A stretch of 64,000 nucleotides of DNA, from positions 96,001 to 160,000 of the IMG/VR virus record IMGVR_UViG_3300028832_000097; one strand, given 5' to 3'. Both the position numbers and the translations under genes were made by a program. The notes under the pieces are model-generated. The model was not told the DNA's origin, searched no databases, and saw nothing but the letters and a program-made list of their open reading frames with translations. Positions 29,903 to 39,751 of the stretch are shown here, piece by piece (the stretch's first letter is position 1; every line of letters starts with the position of its first letter). The stretch is from a virus (Duplodnaviria; Caudoviricetes).

Positions 29903-30129
29903 TTCTTCTTACCCTCCTTCAGTATCTGATATATTTTCCAAATGTTTAACAATAAACAAGCCCCATTCAGCAACCATACACTGAATGCACCAATGATTAG
30001 TCCATATATTACAAACAATATTGATCCTATAGAATTATAAATGCGGATCTTCAACTCACCTTTGTTTAGAAATCCTATGAATATTACACATGTTGCAGAA
30101 ATACCTATTACTTCAATCCAACTCATCAT
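29899..30129 (-). CDS. Small 3-TM membrane protein (YgjV/PQ-loop-like)
   Basis: IEVIGI...KIRIYNSIGSILFVIYGLII...LLN. Confidence 0.6.
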   Translation of the reverse strand: MMSWIEVIGISATCVIFIGFLNKGELKIRIYNSIGSILFVIYGLIIGAFSVWLLNGACLLLNIWKIYQILKEGKKK

Positions 30130-31119
30130 TCAGTCCCTCTCTGCGTATAGCGTATCAAATTCTTGCTTAGTTATATCATTCACGTCCTTACCATCAAACA
30201 TATGCATAGCCCATACTATTGCAGCAGAGCTGAGGGCTTTTTTAAGTTTAGCCGTTGCACGTCTGCCAGCTTCATCTCCATCCATACAGAGCACAAACTC
30301 TTGAACACCTAGTTCTTTAAGTTGTTGCATCTGATAAGATGTACCTGTACCTAACAATGCAACTGCGTAATATCCAAATGTTCTGCAGGTAAGTGCATTT
30401 ATGATACTTTCACATATAACAACTGATCTACACCCTGAAGGTATTCTATCTACACCATACACAGGTTTCTGCGCACCTGACGGTACATGATAGAGCTTAG
30501 TTGCAATTGCTCTACGAATAATACATAACGTCCTACCATATTTATCATGTACAGGAAATGTGATGCAAGGGACAGGCTTCTTTCGACCTTCTGGAATCCA
30601 ATTTGCATCATACCCTACATCATACTCCGCAATCACTTCATCTGTTAAATGACGTTCATACATGTAAGGTACAGTAAATCTATACTTAGCGAGTTCTTCT
30701 TCTGAAACATATTGTGTTGTTTGGTTGAGTTGCTCTAATATATTATTTACCGCAAGTTTGCTGGCTATGGCATCAGATAGTCCCTGTGGAATCAGTCTCT
30801 CTATTTCATCTGGTTGATATCCTGGAACATTCTCCGCAAGCCATTCGCTAGCAGATGTTGTGATGCTATGAGTTTTAAGCATCTCAGCAACAGCCTGTTC
30901 CATTGTATATGCACAACTGCACGAAAAACAATGCCACAACCCGGCAGGATACTGTTGGCCATTTCTATATTCAGAATTAAGTAACACGCCGCAAGAAGGT
31001 TTTCGCTCTTGACCCCCATTATGAAATGGGCAATATACACTTAAGTAATTCCCAATTCTTCGATTCTTTCGGACTAATCCGAATTCAGATAGTTTATCTA
31101 CAATAAGTTCAACATCCAT
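30130..31119 (-). CDS. dnaG: DNA primase (CHC2 zinc finger + TOPRIM)
   Basis: CPFH...ERKPSC...WHCFSC; ICESIINAL; DGDEAGRRA; KDVND. Confidence 0.9.
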   Translation of the reverse strand: MDVELIVDKLSEFGLVRKNRRIGNYLSVYCPFHNGGQERKPSCGVLLNSEYRNGQQYPAGLWHCFSCSCAYTMEQAVAEMLKTHSITTSASEWLAENVPGYQPDEIERLIPQGLSDAIASKLAVNNILEQLNQTTQYVSEEELAKYRFTVPYMYERHLTDEVIAEYDVGYDANWIPEGRKKPVPCITFPVHDKYGRTLCIIRRAIATKLYHVPSGAQKPVYGVDRIPSGCRSVVICESIINALTCRTFGYYAVALLGTGTSYQMQQLKELGVQEFVLCMDGDEAGRRATAKLKKALSSAAIVWAMHMFDGKDVNDITKQEFDTLYAERD

Positions 31120-31972
31120 GTGAATCTTCCTCGGTTACGTATTCAAACATGAGCCCTTTGCGACATCTGTTCAGCTGTATAGATTCTTTCACAGATTCAA
31201 AGTCCATGTTGTAAGTTCGTGCAGCTTCTGAAATGCTTCTGTAAGTTTTCCCGTCAGTAATACACCTAACAGGTTTGCCATGTTTTATCATCTCAATATT
31301 ACCGCACTTTTGTGGATCCCATAGCCCCATAGCTTTTGCGTGATTCATATTCTCCTCACGAGTGACCCACTCTAAGTTAGCTACACTGTTATTTAATTTA
31401 TCTCCATCAATGTGATTAACTTGCGGTTTATTTTCAGGATTCGGTATGTGCGCAGATGCTACCAGACGATGTACTGAATGTAATTTTGAAACACCGTGAG
31501 CCGAAAGCATACAATGCACATAACCATCGTCACCCACATGTAACTTAAGCTCATTACCATAACGAGCTGCCTTGCTTTTCTCATTGTATCGAGTGCAGCT
31601 TCTAATCTTACCATCTGTAGATGCTTGATAAAATCCTTCATACCCTGGTATATCTTTCCAATCACTGTTAGTATCTTCTACAGGTAAAGTTAACGACAAG
31701 TTAGATAATGCATCAGAATCTCCTGAAATATGATAGACCTTTTGACCTGCAGAATACTCAGGAATGAAAGCATTTGCAACAATGTTACACACTCTTATAG
31801 TAGCAACCTTACCACCCTTCGATAAGTAAACCTGACCTTGATAAGGTTTTAACACATTACCTCCAATTCGTGCAACTTGCCCCTGATCATTTACTTGATA
31901 CAGCCCCTCATATCCTACTACATCGTGCCAAATTGTATCATCAATAAAATTCAATAAAGACTTGGATTTCAT
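31109..31972 (-). CDS. NUMOD4/HNH homing endonuclease
   Basis: WKDIPGYEGFYQAS; VHRLVASAHIPNPENKPQVNHIDGDKLNN..NLEWVT; sits between helicase and primase. Confidence 0.88.
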   Translation of the reverse strand: MKSKSLLNFIDDTIWHDVVGYEGLYQVNDQGQVARIGGNVLKPYQGQVYLSKGGKVATIRVCNIVANAFIPEYSAGQKVYHISGDSDALSNLSLTLPVEDTNSDWKDIPGYEGFYQASTDGKIRSCTRYNEKSKAARYGNELKLHVGDDGYVHCMLSAHGVSKLHSVHRLVASAHIPNPENKPQVNHIDGDKLNNSVANLEWVTREENMNHAKAMGLWDPQKCGNIEMIKHGKPVRCITDGKTYRSISEAARTYNMDFESVKESIQLNRCRKGLMFEYVTEEDSHGC

Positions 31973-31984
31973 GACACACCTCCA

Positions 31985-33334
31985 TCAGAATTCCACATTC
32001 TCATCATCTTCAAAGTCATCTTCTAATACTGCAGTATCATCTGAAACATGTTTAGTGATGCTTGAAGGCACTGCAACAGTAGGGGTAACAGAGCCACCAG
32101 GGCCAGTATCACCTCCTGTAGGCAGGTACTGCATGTTACCTGTATTGATATCCCAGGCATAACTTAAGACAGGTTTCTGGTTGTTTGCATTTCTAGATTT
32201 CTCCAATCGGATATCAAGTACATGTTTATCAAAGATCTGCCGTATTGTGAATACTTGCGTAGCTATACGTGCTGGATGGTCGCTTCCTTCGACGTTGTAG
32301 ATAGTCGGGAAGGGGTCACCTTTGTCATCCTTGCATTCTTTAGTCTCTCTATTCGCCTGCATAGCCACAACAACGGCACACCCAAACTGTTTACTCAACC
32401 TAAACAGATCTGTACATAGGTTCTTGTATTTCATGTAATCAGTATCTGACCGATGTGTATCAGTCATGTAAGAAAGACCATCGATGATTAATAATCGTAT
32501 ATGGTGTCGCCTAACAAGCGATTCAAGTCCTCTGACGTTTACTACACCCTCTGAAGTATTCTTATCTTCAAGTACTAATGCGCTAGTTTCTTCCTGGCTC
32601 AATTTATCCAAATACTTCATGTATTCTGTAGTGTATTTACCTTGGAAGAGCTGATTGTTTTGAAAATGTTGCCTCCAAGTGTCAAATCTTGTGCCTAAGA
32701 AAGAAGCTTGCATCTCAGGAGAATAATACAAGACCGGGAATCCATTCTTCTGTGCAGATTCCATCATCTTTGTTAGCAACCAACTCTTACCATTGTTGGT
32801 GCGGGCTACTACTAATGCAAGTTCTTCTACGGTAGATAATCCACCATACATCAGTTTATCTATTTCTGCAAATCCTGTAGGTATTCGTTCTTGTTTACTA
32901 AAATCTACAACCTGCTGTGCTCTTTCATGCGCTTCTTTTACAATATCTAGTGGATGTGTTTCATCTAGTTGTGAAGCTAAATCACATTGATTTTGCAAGT
33001 ATTCCCAAGCAATACTAACATCTCCCGAACCTAAATCTTTCAATTTATTGAATGTTTCAAGCAAAAGTATATGTTGCTTATTTTTTGCAATTTCTGTTTT
33101 AAGATATGCAAGCGGCTCTGAAACTTTAATGAGTGTTACATTAGGAAACTCGGCCTGGAAAGTGAATACATCTGGAACATTTCCATATTTCTGTCGATGT
33201 TCCAATATGAAATGTATTTGATCTTTAAATACAGAATAATATGATTCATCATAACTACAAAGTGAGTTGATTTCATCATCATTATCTGAAGTTAATATTC
33301 TACATATCATCTGAAGTTCAATAGAGGTGATCAC
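31985..33334 (-). CDS. dnaB: DnaB-like replicative helicase
   Basis: IPTGFAEID, ARTNNGKS, YSPEM, LLIIDG, QANR, EKSR; acidic tail. Confidence 0.9.
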   Translation of the reverse strand: MITSIELQMICRILTSDNDDEINSLCSYDESYYSVFKDQIHFILEHRQKYGNVPDVFTFQAEFPNVTLIKVSEPLAYLKTEIAKNKQHILLLETFNKLKDLGSGDVSIAWEYLQNQCDLASQLDETHPLDIVKEAHERAQQVVDFSKQERIPTGFAEIDKLMYGGLSTVEELALVVARTNNGKSWLLTKMMESAQKNGFPVLYYSPEMQASFLGTRFDTWRQHFQNNQLFQGKYTTEYMKYLDKLSQEETSALVLEDKNTSEGVVNVRGLESLVRRHHIRLLIIDGLSYMTDTHRSDTDYMKYKNLCTDLFRLSKQFGCAVVVAMQANRETKECKDDKGDPFPTIYNVEGSDHPARIATQVFTIRQIFDKHVLDIRLEKSRNANNQKPVLSYAWDINTGNMQYLPTGGDTGPGGSVTPTVAVPSSITKHVSDDTAVLEDDFEDDENVEF

Positions 33335-33990
33335 TTGTTACCTCCTAACTGTGCGTCAGATAGATGTATAACTTTTGCACCTTCAGATTTAAGTAACCAA
33401 TTAGATTTCAAAGTTGCAAAAAATGGATTGTTAAATTTAGTGGACATTAACTTCCGAGGTTCTGGAGATACTAGTATAGTAGTTAATCCGGAACTTGAGC
33501 GTGCTTGTATAAGATTAAGCAATGTCTGAGATTCAAATTCTTTGAAATCTACATAGTCGAAATTAGATACTATTAGAACCTTACAGCTCTGTGACCATAT
33601 TCGCATATATTCCAACTGTTCAGGCTCCGATTTTAACGACCAACTCTTTCGAAGCTCATCTAAGTATGTAGAATACTTCAGATTATAGACTGTACAGTGC
33701 AAATTACTTCCTTTCCAATTTTCGCAGACAGCAACATACGCAAGTAAATCAGAAGCACGTATAGTATCAACAGTAGCTGTATCAACAACTAACCCATATG
33801 TTTGACCATCTGCAATGCTAAGCACATTGTGCATTTTCTGTATATCTGAAGATGAACTATTCAGAACAGGATTTTTCATTGTAATGCCATTGCGTTCAAG
33901 TAAATAAGAAACCTGTGCAAGTATTGGGCACGAACCGTCACAGAAGTTTTCAAGGCAATGTGATGTAAATATACAATTATACATTATCAA
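33331..33990 (-). CDS. Degenerate DnaC/IstB-like helicase loader
   Basis: YLDELRKSW...KVLIVSNFD...LLNLIQARSSSGLTTILVS resembles the DnaC C-terminal half; Walker A absent; upstream of helicase. Confidence 0.5.
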   Translation of the reverse strand: MIMYNCIFTSHCLENFCDGSCPILAQVSYLLERNGITMKNPVLNSSSSDIQKMHNVLSIADGQTYGLVVDTATVDTIRASDLLAYVAVCENWKGSNLHCTVYNLKYSTYLDELRKSWSLKSEPEQLEYMRIWSQSCKVLIVSNFDYVDFKEFESQTLLNLIQARSSSGLTTILVSPEPRKLMSTKFNNPFFATLKSNWLLKSEGAKVIHLSDAQLGGNK

Positions 33991-35134
33991 GCCTCCTTAA
34001 CACAGGATTTCTACTCCGCTTAAATGCTACTCTAGAATTAACACAGTTTATGGCAAGTTTCAGCGGATCCTTGTATCCTAATTCAGCATACATTTCAGGA
34101 GTAGTAAATAATGTCAAGAAAGGTTGTAGCTCACCAAACAATGGATAATTATGCTCAACACCACGCAGATCTCGCTCTAACAAGTAACGTCTAACAACAT
34201 ACTCTTTTACAAAGTCACGTGTATAAGGCAGGTTCTTAGATTCAGGAAGTGTATTCCAATACTGGGAGATCTTATGTAGCTCGCCATCTATCTCAATATT
34301 TGTATAGAAGCTAACTAATTCATTATCAACAAGTCTAGTCAATTTGTATATGTGTGGATACTTAATGATGTTATCCATGACTTGTTTTCGTGTAAATCCT
34401 TTTATAGGAATTATCAATCCTAACACAGGATGGTTTTCTAATCCAGGATAATCTAGATACATAGTATCACCACGAGTATGTATAGTGCGTGTTGGGAACA
34501 GGCGCATAAGGTCACTATTTGTCATCTTATTTACATCTGTTGTAACTGATATTTCATTCTGTTTTGTTGGAATTACAGGTAATGATTCATAAACAACATA
34601 TGAAGTATCTCCAATCATGTTACATGCATACGCAGAATTAACATTTAACTGAGGAACAACCGGCGGTTGTAAATATAGATCTTCTTTTGGCGTATCTGCA
34701 GAATAACTAGAAACAATATTTACTGCGGACATAACAGACGGAGTAGGTGTTACTTCAGTAGCAGAAGCTGGAGAATGCAATATAGGTGATGCATTTGCTA
34801 CTTGCTTCTCAATATTATCTAATGACCAATTTATTGCAGTAGAATCAACGTACATTGATTGAGCTAATAAGAATGGACGTATCTCCATATCATCTAATGC
34901 ATCAGCTATGTTAGGTTCTGTGTTTTCTATATAGGCGAAATCTTCATCATTCATCAGCTTATATGATGCAGTATTCATGAAACGAATTATATCTTTAAGA
35001 TACTTAGATGTGCCACAACCCCTGCGAATAACATATGTTATAACATTCGAATGTATTGTAGATAGTTTACCCTTTAAGTTTGAAGGATAATTTAAATATT
35101 CAGGTATCTGAGAAAATCTAGTTATTCTACCCAT
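33977..35134 (-). CDS. Hypothetical protein (replication region)
   Basis: 385 aa ORF with ATCGTTA motif and GGAGG SD. Confidence 0.6.
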   Translation of the reverse strand: MGRITRFSQIPEYLNYPSNLKGKLSTIHSNVITYVIRRGCGTSKYLKDIIRFMNTASYKLMNDEDFAYIENTEPNIADALDDMEIRPFLLAQSMYVDSTAINWSLDNIEKQVANASPILHSPASATEVTPTPSVMSAVNIVSSYSADTPKEDLYLQPPVVPQLNVNSAYACNMIGDTSYVVYESLPVIPTKQNEISVTTDVNKMTNSDLMRLFPTRTIHTRGDTMYLDYPGLENHPVLGLIIPIKGFTRKQVMDNIIKYPHIYKLTRLVDNELVSFYTNIEIDGELHKISQYWNTLPESKNLPYTRDFVKEYVVRRYLLERDLRGVEHNYPLFGELQPFLTLFTTPEMYAELGYKDPLKLAINCVNSRVAFKRSRNPVLRRLDNV

Positions 35135-35135
35135 A

Positions 35136-36002
35136 TTATCCTCCTATCAGCTTATATCTACGTAATAACGATTCATCGTCACCGCAGTAAGTATAATCTT
35201 CTACAATATCAGGACAATAGGCTAAGAATTTGTCTTTAACTAAGTAGGGGGACAATACCACACCATTCAATTCCGAACAATCTAGCGCAGAATACCCGCT
35301 ATCTAGTAACAAATCATACAACCCTAACCCACTGAAAGTTACATAATCTTTAGTCATGTTCCGAGAAATTCTGTGTATACTATAAGGTACTGCATACGTA
35401 GTAGTTATAACACCGGAACCTACGTTATCACACCATCTATTAAATTGTTCAATCTCAGAAAAATCTGAAACACTCAAACAATATCCATAAAGTATTATAA
35501 TATCAACTATCCATTGTGGGATCATTTCAATTCGATACTTAAAATTCTTATCAAAATTAAGAGAAAGATAGAACCTACAATTGAACCACTTATCAATTAA
35601 TTTTGCACACTGTGTAACATGCGAATATTCTATAGGTCTATTTGCAACTTCACGCAACACTGTCTTATATTTCAGAATAATATTGCGTTTTGCACTCATA
35701 CTAGCAGAACGATCTATGAATGTATTCAATTGAGTAACATGGCTCATTGTAGAAGATATATCATTATTTATAGAAATAGCTTCGTCGTTCAGCTCGCCTA
35801 AGTTTTCGCCAAATTCGGTATCCTGCTTGAGTAAGTTATCTGCAAGTATTTGAGATATCAGTTCTACAGAATGACACAACTGTGTGTTTAAATCACCTAG
35901 TCGAGTTCGAGTTTTAGCATACAGTTTTTTATCACTTTTAGAAAGTTCTTCCAGATACTGCACTACTTTTTCCATGTGAGATTCAATGCTATTTAATTCC
36001 AC
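35136..36002 (-). CDS. Hypothetical protein
   Basis: 288 aa ORF, GTG start, GGAGG SD, ATCGTTA motif. Confidence 0.6.
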   Translation of the reverse strand: MELNSIESHMEKVVQYLEELSKSDKKLYAKTRTRLGDLNTQLCHSVELISQILADNLLKQDTEFGENLGELNDEAISINNDISSTMSHVTQLNTFIDRSASMSAKRNIILKYKTVLREVANRPIEYSHVTQCAKLIDKWFNCRFYLSLNFDKNFKYRIEMIPQWIVDIIILYGYCLSVSDFSEIEQFNRWCDNVGSGVITTTYAVPYSIHRISRNMTKDYVTFSGLGLYDLLLDSGYSALDCSELNGVVLSPYLVKDKFLAYCPDIVEDYTYCGDDESLLRRYKLIGG

Positions 36003-36057
36003 CTAACTCTCACCTCCACTTTATACACAACACATTAACGATTTTCCAAAAATTAAA

Positions 36058-36157
36058 TTAGCGAGTGTGGCACTGACACCTGTTGCGGATAATAATCACT
36101 CTACTTCGTGGCGCGGTACACGAAGCAGGCAACAGGCATCAGTGCCGCACTCGCTAA
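36058..36157. repeat. 29-bp imperfect inverted repeat (long hairpin)
   Basis: ttagcgagtgtggcactgacacctgttgc (36058-36086) versus gcaacaggcatcagtgccgcactcgctaa (36129-36157), 3 mismatches. Confidence 0.85.
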
Positions 36158-36349
36158 CGCCGTCTGTGTATCTGATTGTATTATAAGTTGTATTCAAAAT
36201 CAAGGTTGAGTTTATGCAAAATATCAAAGTTGTCAATGCGGCGCGCTGCAGTAGAATCAATACGCATTAAAAATATTTTATAAAGAATAAAGACAAATTA
36301 TGATAAATTTAATTAATTTTACTCTATTTTACTTATATATAATGTTCGC

Positions 36350-36405
36350 AAAACCCGTGAAATCGCCACTTTTTGCGACCAAAAACCCGTGAAATCGCCA
36401 CTTTT
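36350..36405. repeat. 24-bp perfect direct repeat x2 (iteron-like)
   Basis: aaaacccgtgaaatcgccactttt at 36350 and 36382, 32-bp period, next to an AT-rich tract. Confidence 0.85.
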
Positions 36406-36539
36406 GTATCAGATATTAAATTTATTTTAGATTCATGCAATTTCTATGAATTTTTATCAAATTCACACCTGTCTGCAGCTCAAAATTGGAGAATTCTGAT
36501 CAATATTCAAAAATCTACAAATTCTTACTAAATTGATAC

Positions 36540-36567
36540 TTGATTTTATTTGACACTTTATTATAAT
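36540..36567 (+). promoter_or_regulatory. Sigma-A-like promoter for the + strand operon
   Basis: TTGATT-N16-TATAAT upstream of 36602. Confidence 0.45.
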
Positions 36568-36601
36568 AAAATTGTAGTTTTCATTTTTTAAGGTAACATA
36601 C

Positions 36602-37138
36602 ATGAACGAAATCTGGAAACCTATACCTGAATTTCAGGGATATGAAGCATCAAACTTAGGGCGTATTCGTCGTTCAGAATACGTTGCATATTTTCCTGAT
36701 GGTTCATCTAAAACAGTATCTCCAGAAATTTTATCTAACCACATCAATTCAGGTACAGTAGTAACTAACTTTTTAGGAAACACATACCATACCCACAGAT
36801 TAGTGGCTAGTGCGTTTTATGGCAATATTTCACGAAAGCACATTCGATTCATAGACGGTGATAGATTAAATGTTAAGTTATCTAACTTAAGGTGTTGCAC
36901 ACCGTCTGAATCAGTTAAAGAAGATATTGCAGAAGGTGTACGTAAAAATCCACCCGTTTATCGTGGCGTTAAGGTAGTGTGTAACGAAACTGGAAAGATA
37001 TATAGATCAATCAAGAACCTTTCAGAATCATTAAGTATGCCACGATCTTCGGTAAGAAGATACATATATAACAAAAAACCTATACAAGGATTTACATATT
37101 CTATATATTCAGGCGGAGGTGACAGTGATGCCGAGTAA
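36602..37138 (+). CDS. NUMOD4/HNH-family protein (HNH site degenerate)
   Basis: EIWKPIPEFQGYEASNLGRIR, HRLVASAF, RFIDGDRLN..NL. Confidence 0.75.
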   Translation: MNEIWKPIPEFQGYEASNLGRIRRSEYVAYFPDGSSKTVSPEILSNHINSGTVVTNFLGNTYHTHRLVASAFYGNISRKHIRFIDGDRLNVKLSNLRCCTPSESVKEDIAEGVRKNPPVYRGVKVVCNETGKIYRSIKNLSESLSMPRSSVRRYIYNKKPIQGFTYSIYSGGGDSDAE

Positions 37139-37880
37139 TGAATACATTAAGAGACGTACTCAAGAAATATATGATTCTATGCCGCAGGATAAAGAGCTTA
37201 GAAAGAAGTGTTTCAAAGAGCGCGATGAACTTGTAGAACTTAATTATTCATTTTTTGGTTATATTGCTGCACATAAGTTTGTTAATAATTCTTATATAAC
37301 ATATGAAGATAAATTGCAAGCTGCTTTACTTCATTTTTGCGAGATATTTTGGTGGTACAAGTGGAAAGGTGATGAAACTCATAAAGCATATCGAGACGAT
37401 TTAGCATTTACAGTGTTTTTCAAACCTCGTATCACAGAAATGATGGAACGAGATTTTGATGAGGTTAAGTATTCATTACGTCGTCAGTTATGTATGGAAG
37501 CTGCAAACCAATTAGGCATACACTGGGCACAGCTTAAGTATGAAGATCTTGCAAAAGTTAAGTTACCTGAAGATAAGATGATTGCTCTTAGGGCAATATT
37601 TGGTACACTTTACACTGCGGATTTTGAAGAACATGAGATGTTTATTGCAGCACCAGAAGAAACTGTTAGCCCATTTGACGATCCATCAGAAGAATACAAT
37701 TCCATAGAAGAGTTACTTATCCATGATATGATTGTATATGAAGAGCCATTGACAGATTCTAAGTTACGCAAAATGTCTGAAATATATGGGATAGATTTTC
37801 ATATTTTAAAAGAAAAATTACCTGCGGCAGAAAGAATACTGAAACAACGACTGGAAGACGCAATCGCAGATCAATATTAA
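37128..37880 (+). CDS. Divergent sigma-factor-like protein
   Basis: ERDELVELNYSFFGYIA...YEDKLQAALLHF...FTVFFKPRI resembles sigma region 2; C-terminal HTH-like LRKMSEIYGI. Confidence 0.5.
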   Translation: MPSNEYIKRRTQEIYDSMPQDKELRKKCFKERDELVELNYSFFGYIAAHKFVNNSYITYEDKLQAALLHFCEIFWWYKWKGDETHKAYRDDLAFTVFFKPRITEMMERDFDEVKYSLRRQLCMEAANQLGIHWAQLKYEDLAKVKLPEDKMIALRAIFGTLYTADFEEHEMFIAAPEETVSPFDDPSEEYNSIEELLIHDMIVYEEPLTDSKLRKMSEIYGIDFHILKEKLPAAERILKQRLEDAIADQY

Positions 37881-37911
37881 AGGCGCACATTTCTGCACGC
37901 CTTATTTTTTT
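37879..37911 (+). terminator. Rho-independent terminator
   Basis: aaggcg...cgcctt hairpin followed by a T-run, between convergent genes. Confidence 0.6.
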
Positions 37912-37930
37912 TGTTTGGATATCGAAATTA

Positions 37931-38905
37931 CTAGAATTTATCTGCAACTTTCAGGAACTGTAAAGCTTTACTGGTGTTACTGCTATCTCCGGCAAATCCG
38001 GGAATTGTCCTCATTCGTTTATTTAAGTCATATGCATTTGTAAGATTATTGAAATAATGGGAATCAAAATCTGCAAGTGCATTGAATACTTGCCATTTAG
38101 TACCTTTGTAGTTCTGTAAGTTATCAGCTTCCATGCACTGATTCATAAATGTTTCTCGTAAAATAGAAACTTTATCATTACTCTTTGTAGGCAGTATCTG
38201 ACCATCCACTACTTCAAAAGGAAATATGAAATCAAGAAGGTTGATTACAAATCCGTCATCTGTCTTATCTTTAACAAGCGTTTCTGCTTTCTTATTTAGG
38301 TCAATTATACAATCACCTACATTACCTAATACTTTGTTTGCAACCTGTTCATTTATTCCTTGATCTTCTGAAACAGGAATTCGGAACTTAATGAGCGATG
38401 AACTCAATGCTGCATTAAGCGTATTCTGGCAGACCACACGAATTGGGGTATTCAGTACTGTTACCTTTCCATCAGGTTTGAGATGTTCATTCATTATAAC
38501 AAAATAGTGATCTATATCGTCATCAAGGATTTTGTATTTTTCTGAAATTTTAAAACACCCAAAAACAGTTTCACCTCTACCAAGGCTTGCAACACATTCT
38601 ACCGACATATCATCTTTAAGTAAATTCTCCACAGATTCGAATGTTTGCGTATTCTGAATTATGTTAGGCTGCTTAGTTTTTACTACTCCTAGAATCTTTT
38701 GGTTGTCTTCTCGATAAAGTGTCCAATAATCTGGAACTACTCCATGAAGCTCTGTGCTCATAGTTAATGCAGACACGTCCCATCCAAGTTCTGCTTCAGA
38801 AATTATTTCCCCAGAAGTTTGTGGCGGGTTAGTAGTTAAATCTTTACCAAGGGAATGCCACGGGGTTTCGTTTACATAAATCAAACTGTCAATGTTTGCA
38901 GACAT
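37931..38905 (-). CDS. DUF932 family protein (copy 1)
   Basis: ETPWHSLG, AELGWDV, IIQN..F, SLGRGE, TPIRVVCQNTL, GTKWQVFNA. Confidence 0.85.
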   Translation of the reverse strand: MSANIDSLIYVNETPWHSLGKDLTTNPPQTSGEIISEAELGWDVSALTMSTELHGVVPDYWTLYREDNQKILGVVKTKQPNIIQNTQTFESVENLLKDDMSVECVASLGRGETVFGCFKISEKYKILDDDIDHYFVIMNEHLKPDGKVTVLNTPIRVVCQNTLNAALSSSLIKFRIPVSEDQGINEQVANKVLGNVGDCIIDLNKKAETLVKDKTDDGFVINLLDFIFPFEVVDGQILPTKSNDKVSILRETFMNQCMEADNLQNYKGTKWQVFNALADFDSHYFNNLTNAYDLNKRMRTIPGFAGDSSNTSKALQFLKVADKF

Positions 38906-38929
38906 TACATAGTCCTCCTGAAATTTAAT

Positions 38930-39499
38930 TCACCACTGTAACAGAAGTTCAGACAACTTAGCGTAATCGCTTCTTGATACTTTACCATATACAAGATCCA
39001 GTATAGTATCCGCAATTTCAGATTTATCTGAAGTGACTGTTGTGTTAATTGTGATTACAGATTCAGCGGGTTTAACATCTGGAATTGCATTGTGCATATC
39101 CATCTTTTCATGTATGTGTTCGCCGCTAATGGGGTTAGTATACTGTATGTCGGAAATCTCACTAGATGTACACCCTACTACAGGTTCTACTACAGATTCT
39201 ACTACAGGTTCTTCATTCTTAGTAGTTTCAACGTTATTTCGAGTGCGGAGATCCCCATTGTAATACAAGGTGTTCATCCTATTGCAAATATCGCTGATCT
39301 GCCCATATCCTAAATCGAAGATATTCATCAGCTTCTCTTTATGCAAAGGAGTTATTTTCATCTTACCATTAAACATCTTAGATACTTGTGCTGCACTCAT
39401 GTCCATAAGTTCTGCGACATCTGTGACTGTGAGACCGTTGCGAATTCTAAGTTCATGCAGGGGGCTAGATGTTTTTGCAAATAAAGTACCCTTCTTCAT
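38930..39499 (-). CDS. XRE-type HTH protein
   Basis: LRIRNGLTVTDVAELMDMSAAQVSKMFNG; start moved to MKKG. Confidence 0.7.
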   Translation of the reverse strand: MKKGTLFAKTSSPLHELRIRNGLTVTDVAELMDMSAAQVSKMFNGKMKITPLHKEKLMNIFDLGYGQISDICNRMNTLYYNGDLRTRNNVETTKNEEPVVESVVEPVVGCTSSEISDIQYTNPISGEHIHEKMDMHNAIPDVKPAESVITINTTVTSDKSEIADTILDLVYGKVSRSDYAKLSELLLQW

Positions 39500-39565
39500 A
39501 GTGATATGCCTCCGTAAATACATGATATACTAACATTAACGATTTATATTTTGGAAATTACAAAA

Positions 39566-39751
39566 TCAATCATTAGGAACGTATATTCTGATGAATTTTT
39601 CAGTCTTGAGCCGACCAGATGCATATCCATAGTAACTATTTTCTACAGTCTTATGACTAACGTTACATAGTTTAGCAAGTTCTCGTGAACTGTCAGCAAC
39701 TGCTTCTGGCAACATATATTCATCATCACTCAGCTTCATCCAGATTGTCAT
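39566..39751 (-). CDS. Small phage DNA-binding-like protein
   Basis: DEYMLPEAVADSSRELAKLCNVS motif seen in Firmicutes phages. Confidence 0.55.
   Translation of the reverse strand: MTIWMKLSDDEYMLPEAVADSSRELAKLCNVSHKTVENSYYGYASGRLKTEKFIRIYVPND

Noticed and set aside
22642-36405. CRISPR-Cas system (Cas4-like gene, 24-bp repeats)
   Set aside because: Only two repeats with an 8-bp gap, no spacers, no cas1/cas2; no array seen anywhere in the window
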